Shown here piece by piece: positions 31,162 to 41,537 of a stretch of DNA of 64,000 nucleotides (positions are counted from its first letter, which is position 1; every line of letters begins with the position of its first letter). Source of the DNA: Opitutia bacterium (lineage in GTDB: Bacteria; Verrucomicrobiota; Verrucomicrobiia; Opitutales; Opitutaceae); assembly GCA_947478395.1 (NCBI GenBank), contig CANJVR010000001.1:64001-128000 (forward strand), in the 5' to 3' direction. Below the pieces are notes generated by a model that did no database searches, was not told the origin of the DNA, and worked only from the letters and a program-made list of their open reading frames with translations. Both the position numbers and the translations under genes were made by a program.

Positions 31162-31842
31162 TCAGTCGCGCCGCGGCAGGAGAGTCACACCGCCACGCGA
31201 TTTCGCGATGGTCGCCGGCGGAAGATAACCCGAAAACGCCATCGCGGGCATCACCAACGCCCGCGGCCCGAGCACGGTGCCGGGATTCAGCACGGCGTTG
31301 CAGCCCACTTCCGCACCGTCGCCCACGATCGCGCCAAATTTCCGCAGGCCGGTTTCGAACGTCTGCGTGTCGGTTCGCACGGTCACGGTTTTCTGGTCGA
31401 GCCGCAGATTCGAGCAGATCACGCCCGCGCCGAAATGCGCTCCGTTACCCAGGATCGAGTCACCGACGTAGCTGAAGTGCGGCACTTGAGCGCCGTCCAG
31501 CAGCAGGCAGTTTTTAAACTCACAGGCGTTCCCAAGCACACAATTCGACCCGACGATCACGTTGCCGCGGATAAAAGCGCCCGGCCTGATCTCGGTGCCG
31601 GCGCCAATCCAGGCGGGCCCGATGATCGTCGCATACGTCGGAAGTTTCACGGTCGGGTGCAAATACACCGAACCTTCGACGCTCACGCCGGGCGGACGCA
31701 CGGCCCCCGTCCCTTCAAATGGATGCGCCGCCAGCGCCGGGCCGATGCGTTTGAGCCATTCCCACGGCGGGATATTCGCGGGGAAATGCGCGGCAAACGA
31801 TGCAAGCGATTCGGGCAGGGCGAAGAAATCGGCGGCAATCAC
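31162..31842 (-). CDS. GlmU-like hexapeptide-repeat acetyltransferase (left-handed beta-helix only)
   Basis: IRPGAFIRG, HFSYVGDSILG, GAGVICSNLR and KFGAIVGD motifs; no nucleotidyltransferase domain. Start at 31842 or 31884. Confidence 0.85.
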   Translation of the reverse strand: MIAADFFALPESLASFAAHFPANIPPWEWLKRIGPALAAHPFEGTGAVRPPGVSVEGSVYLHPTVKLPTYATIIGPAWIGAGTEIRPGAFIRGNVIVGSNCVLGNACEFKNCLLLDGAQVPHFSYVGDSILGNGAHFGAGVICSNLRLDQKTVTVRTDTQTFETGLRKFGAIVGDGAEVGCNAVLNPGTVLGPRALVMPAMAFSGYLPPATIAKSRGGVTLLPRRD

Positions 31843-31966
31843 GCCGCAACCTTGCAACAAATCATCGCGCAGGGACAGCGACATTTTTCACCGGAACTCG
31901 GACCGGCCGGTTTCGGCGCGTCGGCCCGCACTTGTCATGCGCCACGTGACAACCACGCTTTCCGCG

Positions 31967-34063
31967 ATGGTTTTCTCCCGCCACGCGTCATCACTCGCCA
32001 CCCTTGCCTGCGCCTTGGCGCTCGGCACCCGCGGCGCTCAACTCCAGGCGCAATCCGCCACGGCGCTCCCCTCGTTGGTGGTGACGGCCGCGCGCACGCC
32101 GCAACCCGCGGAGACGATCTCGGTGTCGGTGCGGGAATTCGATGGCGACGCGTTGCGCGCGTCTCCGACCGTGACGCTCGACGGGGCCCTGCGTGCGGTG
32201 CCGGGGTTCAGTCTCTTTCGGCGCAGCGACAGCCTCTCTGCTAATCCGACGGCGCAAGGCGTGTCGTTGCGCGGTCTCGGTCCGAGCGGCGCGAGCCGGT
32301 CGCTCGTGTTGCTCGACGGCGTGCCGCTCAACGATCCATTCGGCGGCTGGGTCACGTGGAGCCAGCTGCCGCGCGAATCGCTTGGCGCGGTCGAATTGGT
32401 CCGCGGCGGTGGCGCGACCGCGTGGGGCAACGCCGCACTCGGCGGAGTGATCCAGTTACTCGGCACGCCGGTAACCGGCACGAGCGCCCGATTTGCCGCC
32501 AGCGTCGGAACCTTTGGCACGCATAGCGCTGAATTCGGCGTCACCCACGCGATCGGGAACGGCACGTTGCAAATCTTGGGCCGGGCGTTTGAGACCGATG
32601 GCTTTTCGCTGGTGGCCACGGAACGGCGCGGTGCGATCGACGTCCCGGCGGCCAGCGATCACCGCTGGCTCACGGCGCGGTGGCGGATGCCGTTGGGCGA
32701 AAATCTTGAGGCGACGTTCACAGGGCGGACGTTTCAGGAAACGCGCGGCAACGGCACGCCCTACCAACGCAACGCGTCGCGGGCGAATTTCGGCGCGGTG
32801 TCAGTGAACGGACAACCGTCGAAAAACTTTGCGTGGACCGCGTCGGGCTACGGCCAAGGTCAGATGTTCTCGAGCACCTTCAGCGCGGTGAACGCCGCGC
32901 GTACGGTGGAAACTCCGGCGAGCGATCAGTTCGCCGTGCCCTCGACCGCGGTCGGCGCGGCGTGGACCGGAGCCTGGACTCACGCGCACGGCGGCCGGAC
33001 GAGTGCGGGCGCAGACGCGCGCGACGTTCGCGGCGAGACGCGGGAAAATTTCACTTACACCGCCGGCGCCTATGCTCGCCAGCGTTTCGCCGGGGGCCGA
33101 CAAACGCTCGGCGGACTTTTCGCGCTGCATGAACAGCCATTGGGCGCCGGGCTCACCGCGACGCTGGGCGGAAGGCTCGACGACTGGAGCGAAACCGACG
33201 GACACCGACGCGAAGCCGACCGCATTACGGGAGCGGTATTGCGCGACGATCGTTACGATGATCGCCGGCATCTAGAATTCAGCCCGAGCGCCGGCTTGGT
33301 GTGGCGCGCGAACGATGCGCTGCGATTGCGTGCGACCGCCCAGCAGGCTTTTCGCCGCCCTACCCTGAACGAACTTTATCGCCCGTTCCGCCAAGGCACG
33401 ACGGTGACCGAGGCTAATCCCGCGCTCGGCACTGAGCACGTCACGAGCGCCGAATTAGGCGCCGATTGGAAACGAGGTTCGTTCACGCTCGGCGCCACCG
33501 TTTTTTGGAATGAGCTGCGCGATGCCGTGGGCAACGTGACCATCGCGCGCGGGCCCGGCACGTTTCCCGTCGTGGGCACGCTCGCCGCCGGCGGACTTGG
33601 GCGCCAACGGTTGAACCTCGATCGCAGCCGCGTTCGCGGCGGAGAAATCTCCGCGACCTGGCGAGCCCACGAAAATCTCACGCTGAGCGCCGAGGCCCTT
33701 TTTGACGACGCGACCGTGCAGCGCGCGAAAGTGGCGCCGGCCCTGGTGGGCAAACGCCTCGCCCAAGTGCCGCGGCACAGCGCCACCTTCGGCGCGACGT
33801 GGCACGCGCCGCTCGGCATTACGGTGACACCACGCGTCCGCTGGGTCGGCGCGCAGTTCGAAGACGACGAAAATTTACTGCGGCTCGGCGAGGTGGTGAT
33901 CGCCGACCTCGGCGTGAGTCGCCCGCTCGGTCATGGTCTCGAACTTTTCCTTAACGTGGAAAACGCCGGGAATGCGCGGGTCGAAACAGGCCGGAGTGCA
34001 GACGGCGTGGTCAACGTCGGCACGCCACGGCTATGGATCGGCGGCGTGCGCGGACGTTGGTGA
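31967..34063 (+). CDS. TonB-dependent receptor
   Basis: Signal peptide, LVVTAART TonB box, LRGLG..LVLLDGVP plug, VELVRGG, FRRPTLNELY, terminal aromatic residue. Start at 31937 or 31967. Confidence 0.93.
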   Translation: MVFSRHASSLATLACALALGTRGAQLQAQSATALPSLVVTAARTPQPAETISVSVREFDGDALRASPTVTLDGALRAVPGFSLFRRSDSLSANPTAQGVSLRGLGPSGASRSLVLLDGVPLNDPFGGWVTWSQLPRESLGAVELVRGGGATAWGNAALGGVIQLLGTPVTGTSARFAASVGTFGTHSAEFGVTHAIGNGTLQILGRAFETDGFSLVATERRGAIDVPAASDHRWLTARWRMPLGENLEATFTGRTFQETRGNGTPYQRNASRANFGAVSVNGQPSKNFAWTASGYGQGQMFSSTFSAVNAARTVETPASDQFAVPSTAVGAAWTGAWTHAHGGRTSAGADARDVRGETRENFTYTAGAYARQRFAGGRQTLGGLFALHEQPLGAGLTATLGGRLDDWSETDGHRREADRITGAVLRDDRYDDRRHLEFSPSAGLVWRANDALRLRATAQQAFRRPTLNELYRPFRQGTTVTEANPALGTEHVTSAELGADWKRGSFTLGATVFWNELRDAVGNVTIARGPGTFPVVGTLAAGGLGRQRLNLDRSRVRGGEISATWRAHENLTLSAEALFDDATVQRAKVAPALVGKRLAQVPRHSATFGATWHAPLGITVTPRVRWVGAQFEDDENLLRLGEVVIADLGVSRPLGHGLELFLNVENAGNARVETGRSADGVVNVGTPRLWIGGVRGRW

Positions 34064-34517
34064 GCGTCAGGTCGCGCAAAGCTCCGCGCTACTCCGGAAA
34101 ACCGTCGGTCGATTCAAGAGCGCAGGACGCGGCATTCCCGGCGGCGTTGGTTGTGCGATCGCTGAGAGCGATCGGGTTACGCACACCCCATTTTCCCCAA
34201 GATCCTGGCTCCGGCAAAACGCGCGGCGGAGCGATCGCGAACGCGTAGCCGTGGCGGGTGTGATGACGATCGACGGCGTGGCGATGTTTGGCGGCTGGGT
34301 GACGTTTAGGCCCGGCCACGACGCGAATCTGCGCCGCGCCCAGATTTTTTATAACGACAAGTCCCGCAAGATCGGGAAACCCGGACGCTACTTCATCGAG
34401 CAGAAATTTGGTCCGGCGCCCGGCCGCTATCGCGTGGAAGTGCGGCACGTCTCGAAGGACTTCATCGTGGTGCCGTCGATGGACGCGGCGCGGCTCTACA
34501 CGCGACTCGCTTCGAAC

Positions 34518-34621
34518 GTAGCGGCAGGCGTGCCGGCCTGCCTGCCACGACGTCGCCAACCCGGCAGGCAGGGACGCCTGCCGCTACGCAAAACGGCCAC
34601 AGAGAAAGCTGAGCCGCTCCA
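34518..34621 (-). mobile_element. Partial MITE/REPIN-like element
   Basis: Degenerate REP from 34518 and intact inverted REP at 34563-34587. Then GCAAAACGGCC..CTGAGCCGCTCCA, matching the element end in reverse orientation. Confidence 0.7.
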
Positions 34622-34689
34622 ATCCACGACGCAGTTTTTCAGACCATCGAGTTGCCCAATCGCACATTCGTGAAAATGATGAGCCTCGT

Positions 34690-35907
34690 ATGACAAGCCG
34701 TCCTTCGGAGCGCGTAATTCTGCTGGTATTAGCCGCGATTCAATTCACCCACATCATGGACTTCATGGTGATGATGCCGCTCGCGCCTCAATTGATGCGC
34801 GAGTTGAATCTGGGCGCCGGGCAATTCAGCGCGTTGGTCGCCGCTTACTCGATCGCGGCGGGTGTGGTCGGATTGTTGAGCGCACCCTTTATCGATCGTT
34901 TTGATCGGCGCACCCTGCTCCTGTTCGTTTACGCCGGATTCACCGTCGCAACGCTGCTCTGTGGTTTTGCGCCGGACGCCCACACCTTGCTCATCGCCCG
35001 CGCCATCGGTGGTGCTTTTGGCGGCATCTCCGGATCGCTTTGCCTGGCGATCGTCAGCGACCTGGTTCCGCCGGAGCGCCGCGCCGGCGGGATCGGCATT
35101 GTCATGACCGCGTTTGCCGTCGCCGCCGCGATCGGGGTGCCGGTCGGTCTGCAACTCGCCCACTTTTTCGGCTGGCGTTCGCCGTTCACCTTTATCGCTG
35201 CCTTCGCGGTCGTGGTGTGGGGCGTGATGTTCCGATTTATTCCTCCGGTCCGGGGTCACCTCCAAAGCGGCGTGAACAAGGGCCGCGCGTTTAAAGAATT
35301 GCTGCGCGACCAAAACGCCGGCCGCGCCATCCTTTTTATGGCGGTCATGGTGCTCGGCCATTTCAGCATCATCCCGTTGCTTTCCCCGCATCTGGTCGGA
35401 GACATCGCCCTACCCGAGAAGTACCTGTTTTTGGTTTACCTGATCGGCGGGGCCTTGAGCGTGGTGACGGCGCCCTATGTGGGCCGTTTGGCCGATCGCC
35501 TTGGCCGCCAGCGGGTCTTCACCTACATGGTCGCAGCGGCATCGATCATTATCCTCGCGATCGCGAATGCCGGACCGTTGCCGGTGTGGGTGACGTTGAT
35601 GTTGGCCGGATGTTTTTTTGTGTTCGCGAGCGGGCGCTTCATTCCCGGGCAGGCCATCGTGACGCTGGCGGTGCCGTCGTCGCGGCGGGGAGCTTTCCTG
35701 AGTCTGACGAGTTGCGCCCGTGACTTGGCGTCCGGAATCAGTTCCACCTTGGGAGGCTGGATTGTATCGAAACAGCCGAACGGGCAGCTGATCCATTTCA
35801 ACTGGCTCGGCACGATCGCGGTCGCCACCGGGCTCGTGAGCATCCTGCTCGCACGCACGGTTCGCGTGAATGATACGGGGAGCCCGCAGCCCGCCGGGCG
35901 CAGTTGA
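34690..35907 (+). CDS. MFS transporter
   Basis: FTHIMDFMVMMPL, DRFDRR and GRLADRLGR motifs; about 12 TM segments. Confidence 0.92.
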   Translation: MTSRPSERVILLVLAAIQFTHIMDFMVMMPLAPQLMRELNLGAGQFSALVAAYSIAAGVVGLLSAPFIDRFDRRTLLLFVYAGFTVATLLCGFAPDAHTLLIARAIGGAFGGISGSLCLAIVSDLVPPERRAGGIGIVMTAFAVAAAIGVPVGLQLAHFFGWRSPFTFIAAFAVVVWGVMFRFIPPVRGHLQSGVNKGRAFKELLRDQNAGRAILFMAVMVLGHFSIIPLLSPHLVGDIALPEKYLFLVYLIGGALSVVTAPYVGRLADRLGRQRVFTYMVAAASIIILAIANAGPLPVWVTLMLAGCFFVFASGRFIPGQAIVTLAVPSSRRGAFLSLTSCARDLASGISSTLGGWIVSKQPNGQLIHFNWLGTIAVATGLVSILLARTVRVNDTGSPQPAGRS

Positions 35908-36147
35908 GGTGGAAGCGCCCGCGGCGAACCGGTATTCTGGATCGAACGCTGCGCGGAGAGTTTGTTTTTTGCCCCCGGCAAACCGGCCAGCCACGGCCAG
36001 GCCGGTGCGCGGATAAAGTGAGAGCAACTCGCCATTTGACAGCCGGCCGGCGGAACCTTGGCTGGCCGCTTTAACCGCGAAAAATAAGTCTGATTTTTCC
36101 TATTTAGGGCGGTGAACTCGCCGGGCTGATGAACCGAAATCTTTTTT

Positions 36148-37035
36148 ATGCACCCCAAAATCACCCCACTCGCACTCATCGCCGCGTGCTGCGCGTTGTC
36201 CACGCCCGCTCTGTTCGCCCAACCCGCGGCCCCCGCCGCCCCCTCGCCCGCTGCCGCACTCAGTGACTCCGGGGCGGTGGAACCGAAATACGGGAACGGG
36301 ACTAATATCGTCAACGCCCGCAACCGTGACGACAAACCGATCTCCTATCGCGTCCCCACCTCCGCGGGCTGGCGCACAGACTGGCCCGAACGCCTGGAGT
36401 GGGATCTCGCCGACCTGAAAGTCTACGCCGAGGCTAACGCCAAGCTCGGCCCGCCCGCGCTCGGTGAGAACCGCGTCGTCTTCATCGGCGACTCCATCAC
36501 TGAGAACTGGCAGCGCTCCTTCGCCACGCTTTATCCCGGCAAGAAAAACTACATCGGCCGCGGCCGCTCCTCGGAAACCACGCAGCAGATGCTCCTCCGC
36601 TTCCGCCAGGACGTGATCGACCTCAAGCCCAAGGTTCTGGTTCTCCTCGCCGGCACCAACGACATTGCCGGCAATCTCGGCCGTTCGACCGACAAGATGA
36701 TTGAGGATAACTACGTTTCGATGATCGATCTCGCCGAGCTGAACAAGATCAAGGTCGTCTTCTGCACCATCATGCCGACCACGCGTTACAGCTGGCAGCC
36801 CTCAGTCACCGACGGTGCGGCGCGCGTCGTTGTCATCAACCAATGGATCAAAAAATACTCCGCGACCCGCCCCGGACAGGTCTTTTACGTGGACGTCCAC
36901 AGCCCGATGGTCGGCGAAAATAATAACATGAATCCGAAGTTCAGCAGCGACGGCACCCACCCCAACGCCACCGGCTACGCGCTCATCTCTCCGCTCGTTG
37001 AACAGAGGATCAACGAGGCGCTCGCCGCGAAGTGA
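36148..37035 (+). CDS. Secreted SGNH/GDSL hydrolase
   Basis: VFIGDSIT, LAGTND and DGTHPN motifs; signal peptide. Confidence 0.93.
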   Translation: MHPKITPLALIAACCALSTPALFAQPAAPAAPSPAAALSDSGAVEPKYGNGTNIVNARNRDDKPISYRVPTSAGWRTDWPERLEWDLADLKVYAEANAKLGPPALGENRVVFIGDSITENWQRSFATLYPGKKNYIGRGRSSETTQQMLLRFRQDVIDLKPKVLVLLAGTNDIAGNLGRSTDKMIEDNYVSMIDLAELNKIKVVFCTIMPTTRYSWQPSVTDGAARVVVINQWIKKYSATRPGQVFYVDVHSPMVGENNNMNPKFSSDGTHPNATGYALISPLVEQRINEALAAK

Positions 37036-37082
37036 GGACCCCGGCCCTACTGCTCGCTGCCAACCTCCGCCAAAATCTCCCC

Positions 37083-38537
37083 ATGAAATTCCTCCCCGCC
37101 CTCCGCTCGCTGCTCGCGCTTGCCGGCTTGTTCGTCGCGCAGTTTTCGTTGCTCGCGCAACGCGGCGCCCCGGCCCCGACGTTCGTCGCCGCACCCTATC
37201 ACGCCTCCGGCATCTACGCGGCCGGAGAAAAAGCCGGCTGGACCATCACGCCCGTGCCCGGCGTGACACCGCCCACCGGCGACTTCACCTACACGGTGAA
37301 GACGAACAACTCCGCCACGATCAAGACCGGCACGTTTAATCTCTCCTCTGGCCCCGCCACCATCGAAGTGGTGCAAAACGATCCCGCGATGCTCTACGTG
37401 CAGATCACGCCGCCACCCACGGCGCCCGCGCCGGCACCCGAAGGGCCCGCGGCTGGACCCGCAGCTGCCGCCACCGTCGCGCCCAACGCCACGCTTCCCG
37501 CCGCTGCCCGCGGCAATGGCGGTCGCGGCGGTCGTGGGGGCGCAGGTGGCCCGCGCCTCGCCGCCGCCATCGCACCCACGAAAATCAAGCCGTCCGTCCC
37601 GCGTCCCGCCGACTTCGACGCGTTCTGGGACGGTAAACTCGCCGAGCTCGCGAACATTCCCATCAACCCCTCGCTCACGCCGGTGCCCGCGAACAAGGAC
37701 GGCATCGCATTGTTCACCGTGAAGCTCGATAGCGTCGGTTCGCACGTGCAAGGCTACCTCGCTAAACCCGCCCGCACGGGAAAGTTTCCCGCCCTCATCA
37801 TGTATCAATGGGCCGGCGTTTATTCGCTGGAGACGCAGACGCTCGCAGCCGTGAAAGACCGCGCCGCCGAGGGCTGGCTCGTGCTCAATGTCGACTCCCA
37901 CGACATCTCGCCCAACGAGGGCCAGGCCGAACACCCCGAACTCCAAAACTATCAGTCGCAGGGCAACACCGACCGCGAGACCGCCTATTTTCTAAAAATG
38001 TATCTGCGCGACGCCCGGGCCGTGGACTACATCAAGTCCCTCCCGGACTGGGACGGAAAAATCATCGTCTTCCAGGGCACGAGCATGGGCGGCCAGCAAA
38101 GCCTCGCCACGGCCGGCCTCCGCCCCAACGACGTGACCGCCGTCATCGTCAACGTCCCCTCGGGCGCCGACTTCAACGGCGACGCGCATGGCCACCGCAC
38201 AGGTTACCCGAACTGGCTCACCAACGCCGGCGCCACCCCCAATCCCAAGATCGCCGAAACGGGTCAGTATTTCGACACCGTCAACTTCGCTCACCGCATC
38301 AAGGCTCCGGTCGTCGCCGCGATGGGCTTCCTCGACATCACCAGTCCGCCCGCCGGCATCTGGGCCGCGCTGAACGAAATCCCCGGACCCAAAGAGGCCA
38401 TTTCCATGATCGAGTCGGACCACAACCACATCACGCCCGAGAAACAGGGCGCGTGGGATGCCCGCTCGAAGGAAGTGCGCGACTCGCTGCTCAAGACCGG
38501 CGCCTTCAAGGTCGTCGAGCCCTTCGCGCAACCGTGA
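37083..38537 (+). CDS. Secreted acetylxylan esterase (CE7/AXE1-like)
   Basis: RPADFDAFW, GTSMGG nucleophile, YFDTVNFA, GFLD..SPP motifs. Confidence 0.88.
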   Translation: MKFLPALRSLLALAGLFVAQFSLLAQRGAPAPTFVAAPYHASGIYAAGEKAGWTITPVPGVTPPTGDFTYTVKTNNSATIKTGTFNLSSGPATIEVVQNDPAMLYVQITPPPTAPAPAPEGPAAGPAAAATVAPNATLPAAARGNGGRGGRGGAGGPRLAAAIAPTKIKPSVPRPADFDAFWDGKLAELANIPINPSLTPVPANKDGIALFTVKLDSVGSHVQGYLAKPARTGKFPALIMYQWAGVYSLETQTLAAVKDRAAEGWLVLNVDSHDISPNEGQAEHPELQNYQSQGNTDRETAYFLKMYLRDARAVDYIKSLPDWDGKIIVFQGTSMGGQQSLATAGLRPNDVTAVIVNVPSGADFNGDAHGHRTGYPNWLTNAGATPNPKIAETGQYFDTVNFAHRIKAPVVAAMGFLDITSPPAGIWAALNEIPGPKEAISMIESDHNHITPEKQGAWDARSKEVRDSLLKTGAFKVVEPFAQP

Positions 38538-38751
38538 CGTGACGGTCAACCGCCGTCCGGCTGGCGCCCCTTGAATCGTGGGAAAGATTTCTTGGCCGGC
38601 AGTTGATCCTGCATCGCATCACCCTTCACCCCGACCCGGGGAGCTCAGCACCCTATCAAACCGCCGCTTATCCCTGCTGCTCGGGTAACAATATGGCCGT
38701 CGGCCTCTGCATGGGTTCGCCGCGCGCCCCGCTCGATGGACGGTAGGCGCC

Positions 38752-39693
38752 TTATTTGGCGGAGCTGAATCCGCGGTCACCGAGCCAGGTGAGCAGGAGG
38801 CCAGGCCACGCGGCGGGCGGCATGGGCCGGTAAACCCCGAGGCCGAAACCGTGTGCACCGGATCCGAACACGTGCATTTCCACCGGGACGTTGGCCTTGT
38901 GAAAACGAAGATAGAGCTCGGCCACGCTGTCGGAGATCGAGCGGTCATCGGAAGCGGAGACCATGAACGCCGGGGGCGAGCCCGACTCGGGCAGGACGAC
39001 GCGCGCGTTGCCCGGATAGACCAAAACTTGGAACGATGGCTTGGAGCCCTGGCGTTCCACCGGGTCGGCGGCCGCGGGTTGGCCCTCGTCGAAGCGCATC
39101 GCGGCGCGCGCGATCACTTCGCCGCCCGCGGAAAATCCCAGCACGCCGACGGCCGCGGGATTGACGTTCCATTCGGTGGCGCGACTGCGTACGAGACGGA
39201 TGGCGCGCTGCGCATCGGCGAGCGATTCTTTCTCCACCGCGTAGGTCGAGCCGGGGGCGCGGGCGAGGCGATACTTCAGCACAAACGCGGCGACGCCGTG
39301 CTCGGCGAACCACTGCGCGACGTTGTAGCCTTCGGTATCAATCGCGAGGTTGGTGTGGCCGCCGCCGGGCGCGATGATTACAGCCGCGCCATTCGACTTT
39401 CCCTTCGCCGGCAGATAAGGAGTGAGCGTGGGTGCGTGAATGTGGGTGACGCTGATGTAGTGGATGCCCTCCCAGAGTTTGTGGGTGACGAGTTCTTTCT
39501 CGCCCCGTTTGCCTTCCGAGCCGGGCGCGCCGTCGGGCCAAAGCGGAATCGAGGCGGGATGCGCTGGCTCTGGGGCGGGGCTGCCGGGCGCCCCTGATTC
39601 GGCGGCGGAAAGGCGCAACGCGACGGCGACGCACAGCCAGCCAACCGCCAAGTCACGAAGGGAGAAACGGCGAAACGCACGGAACGAGTTCAT
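38752..39693 (-). CDS. Secreted alpha/beta hydrolase (esterase)
   Basis: PLWPDGAPG, APGGG, FVLKYRL, GFSAGG and HGFG motifs. Confidence 0.9.
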   Translation of the reverse strand: MNSFRAFRRFSLRDLAVGWLCVAVALRLSAAESGAPGSPAPEPAHPASIPLWPDGAPGSEGKRGEKELVTHKLWEGIHYISVTHIHAPTLTPYLPAKGKSNGAAVIIAPGGGHTNLAIDTEGYNVAQWFAEHGVAAFVLKYRLARAPGSTYAVEKESLADAQRAIRLVRSRATEWNVNPAAVGVLGFSAGGEVIARAAMRFDEGQPAAADPVERQGSKPSFQVLVYPGNARVVLPESGSPPAFMVSASDDRSISDSVAELYLRFHKANVPVEMHVFGSGAHGFGLGVYRPMPPAAWPGLLLTWLGDRGFSSAK

Positions 39694-39906
39694 AGCGAGG
39701 TAGGGAAACACGAGAGCACAGGAGAGTCGGGTTGATCTGGTCCTGAAAAAATCCGACCGGGACCGTGGGGGCGATCGAGTGAAGTGGCGATTCAAACTTA
39801 CGCGGACTCTCCTCCCGCGGCTGGAATCGAACGTGTGCGCTATTGGAAGAGCTGCGGTGGAGTCGACCGACGCGGCCCGGAAGAACATCATGCTCGCACC
39901 TGCCCC

Positions 39907-40371
39907 ATGATTATCCGCCAACTCGCCCACCTCTGTTTCTACACGCACCAGCTCGATGTCATGGTCGCGTTTTACCGCGACCAGCTCGGCTTTCCCATCG
40001 CGTTCACCATGCGCAACGACGACGGCTTTCAGTTCGGTTACTATTTCGATCTGGGTAACACGACCTACATCGAAATCTTCGATCAGGCGGGAGCCGTGAA
40101 ACTCTGGGGTGGCGACGCGACGCCGCGGAAGCCGAATAACGGCGTCTACTTCGGGCACTTCTGCCTGGAGGTGCTCGGTCTGGAGGAAACGTGCGCCGAG
40201 CTCCGCACGCGGGGGGTGGAAATTTTGCGCCCGATCAAGACCGGCATCGATCACTCGCGCCAGGCGTGGATCAAGGATCCCGATGGAAACTCCATTGAGC
40301 TGATGGAATATTCTCCCAGAAGCCTCCAGCTCACGGACGGCGTGCAAGGCAAACACGTGCCGAATCCCTGA
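39907..40371 (+). CDS. VOC (glyoxalase) family protein
   Basis: LAHLCF..FYRDQLG, GHFCLEV and KDPDGNSIELME motifs. Confidence 0.9.
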   Translation: MIIRQLAHLCFYTHQLDVMVAFYRDQLGFPIAFTMRNDDGFQFGYYFDLGNTTYIEIFDQAGAVKLWGGDATPRKPNNGVYFGHFCLEVLGLEETCAELRTRGVEILRPIKTGIDHSRQAWIKDPDGNSIELMEYSPRSLQLTDGVQGKHVPNP

Positions 40372-40387
40372 GCGCCGCCCGCGCCGC

Positions 40388-41491
40388 TCAGGCGTCCAAC
40401 GTTCCCGACGCCAGATTCGCCGGCAGCGCGGCCGGACGCGCGCAGGTCGTCTCAAGCGCGATCATGCGCCCGGCCTGCGATGCGAGATCAAAGCCGCACA
40501 TCGCCTCGACGATGTGCTGGGCGAGTTCGCCGTTCGCGCGAAAGCCCCGCTCGCGGCGCAGAACGGCCTGCGCCATGTCCGCCACGCCCGTGCCGCGCAA
40601 GCGTTCGGCGGTGTGCGTCGGCGGCGCGACGACGTAGGTTTTCGTTTCGCGATCATAGAGCCGCACGTCACCGACGAAATGATTGGGGTCCGGCGCCTCG
40701 AGCGTGCCCTCGGTCCCGTAGACGACGATGCGCGGCAGCGGAAACGGATAAGTGTCGAAGCTCGTGACGATGCTCGCCACCGCGCCGCCCGCGAAGTCGA
40801 TCGTGCCAAAATAATGCGTCGGCACCTCCACACGGATTTTTTTCCCGGCCTGCGGTTCGCTCGTGATGGTACGCTCCGCATAGCCCTGCCGCGCGATGCC
40901 GCCGACGCGCGCAATCGGTCCGAGGAAATTAACGAGCGCCGTTAGGTAATACGGCCCCATGTCGAACATCGGCCCGCCGCCGGCCTGATAGTAGAATTCT
41001 GGCGTCGGGTGCCAGGTCTCGTGGCCGCGGTGGAGAAAGTGCGCCATCGCCGAAAGCGGCGTGCCGATCGCGCCGCGGTCGATGAGGGCGCGCGCGGTCT
41101 GGAGACCGCTGCCGAGAAACGTGTCGGGCGCGCAGCCCACGAGCAGCCCGCGTTTGCGCGCGAGGGCGAGCACGCGCGCGCCGTCGGCCACGTTGAGCGC
41201 AAAGGGTTTTTCGCAATAGGCGTGCTTGCCCGCGCCCAGGATACTCTCGTTCACCGCCGCGTGCGCCTGCGGCACGGTGAGGTTGACGACGATCGCGATC
41301 TCCGGATCGGCCAGCAAGTCGGTCACGCTCAGTGCGCGCACGCCGTGCTGCGCGGCCTTGGATTCCGCGCGCGCGGGGAGCAGGTCGGCGCACGCGATGA
41401 TCTCGAGAAACGGGTAGAGCCGCAGACCCGCGAAGTAAGCGTCGCTGATCTTGCCGCAACCGATGATGCCGATGCCGAGCTTGGAAGACAT
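40388..41491 (-). CDS. Gfo/Idh/MocA family oxidoreductase
   Basis: GIIGCGKIS, GKHAYCEKP, GCAPDTFLG and GGGPMFDMGPYY motifs. Confidence 0.93.
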   Translation of the reverse strand: MSSKLGIGIIGCGKISDAYFAGLRLYPFLEIIACADLLPARAESKAAQHGVRALSVTDLLADPEIAIVVNLTVPQAHAAVNESILGAGKHAYCEKPFALNVADGARVLALARKRGLLVGCAPDTFLGSGLQTARALIDRGAIGTPLSAMAHFLHRGHETWHPTPEFYYQAGGGPMFDMGPYYLTALVNFLGPIARVGGIARQGYAERTITSEPQAGKKIRVEVPTHYFGTIDFAGGAVASIVTSFDTYPFPLPRIVVYGTEGTLEAPDPNHFVGDVRLYDRETKTYVVAPPTHTAERLRGTGVADMAQAVLRRERGFRANGELAQHIVEAMCGFDLASQAGRMIALETTCARPAALPANLASGTLDA

Positions 41492-41537
41492 GATTTTTAT
41501 CGCTGGAGCTGATTCCGCCGCGACGACAGGCGTCGAC

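Noticed and set aside
31562..31936. N-terminal extension of the TonB receptor ORF, or a riboswitch upstream of it
   Set aside because: The extension overlaps the divergent GlmU-like gene. The short intergenic gap has no cobalamin or TPP riboswitch motifs that I could see.
39694..40455. 567-aa version of the alpha/beta hydrolase ORF
   Set aside because: The extension is antisense to the VOC gene, and the signal peptide starts at 39693.
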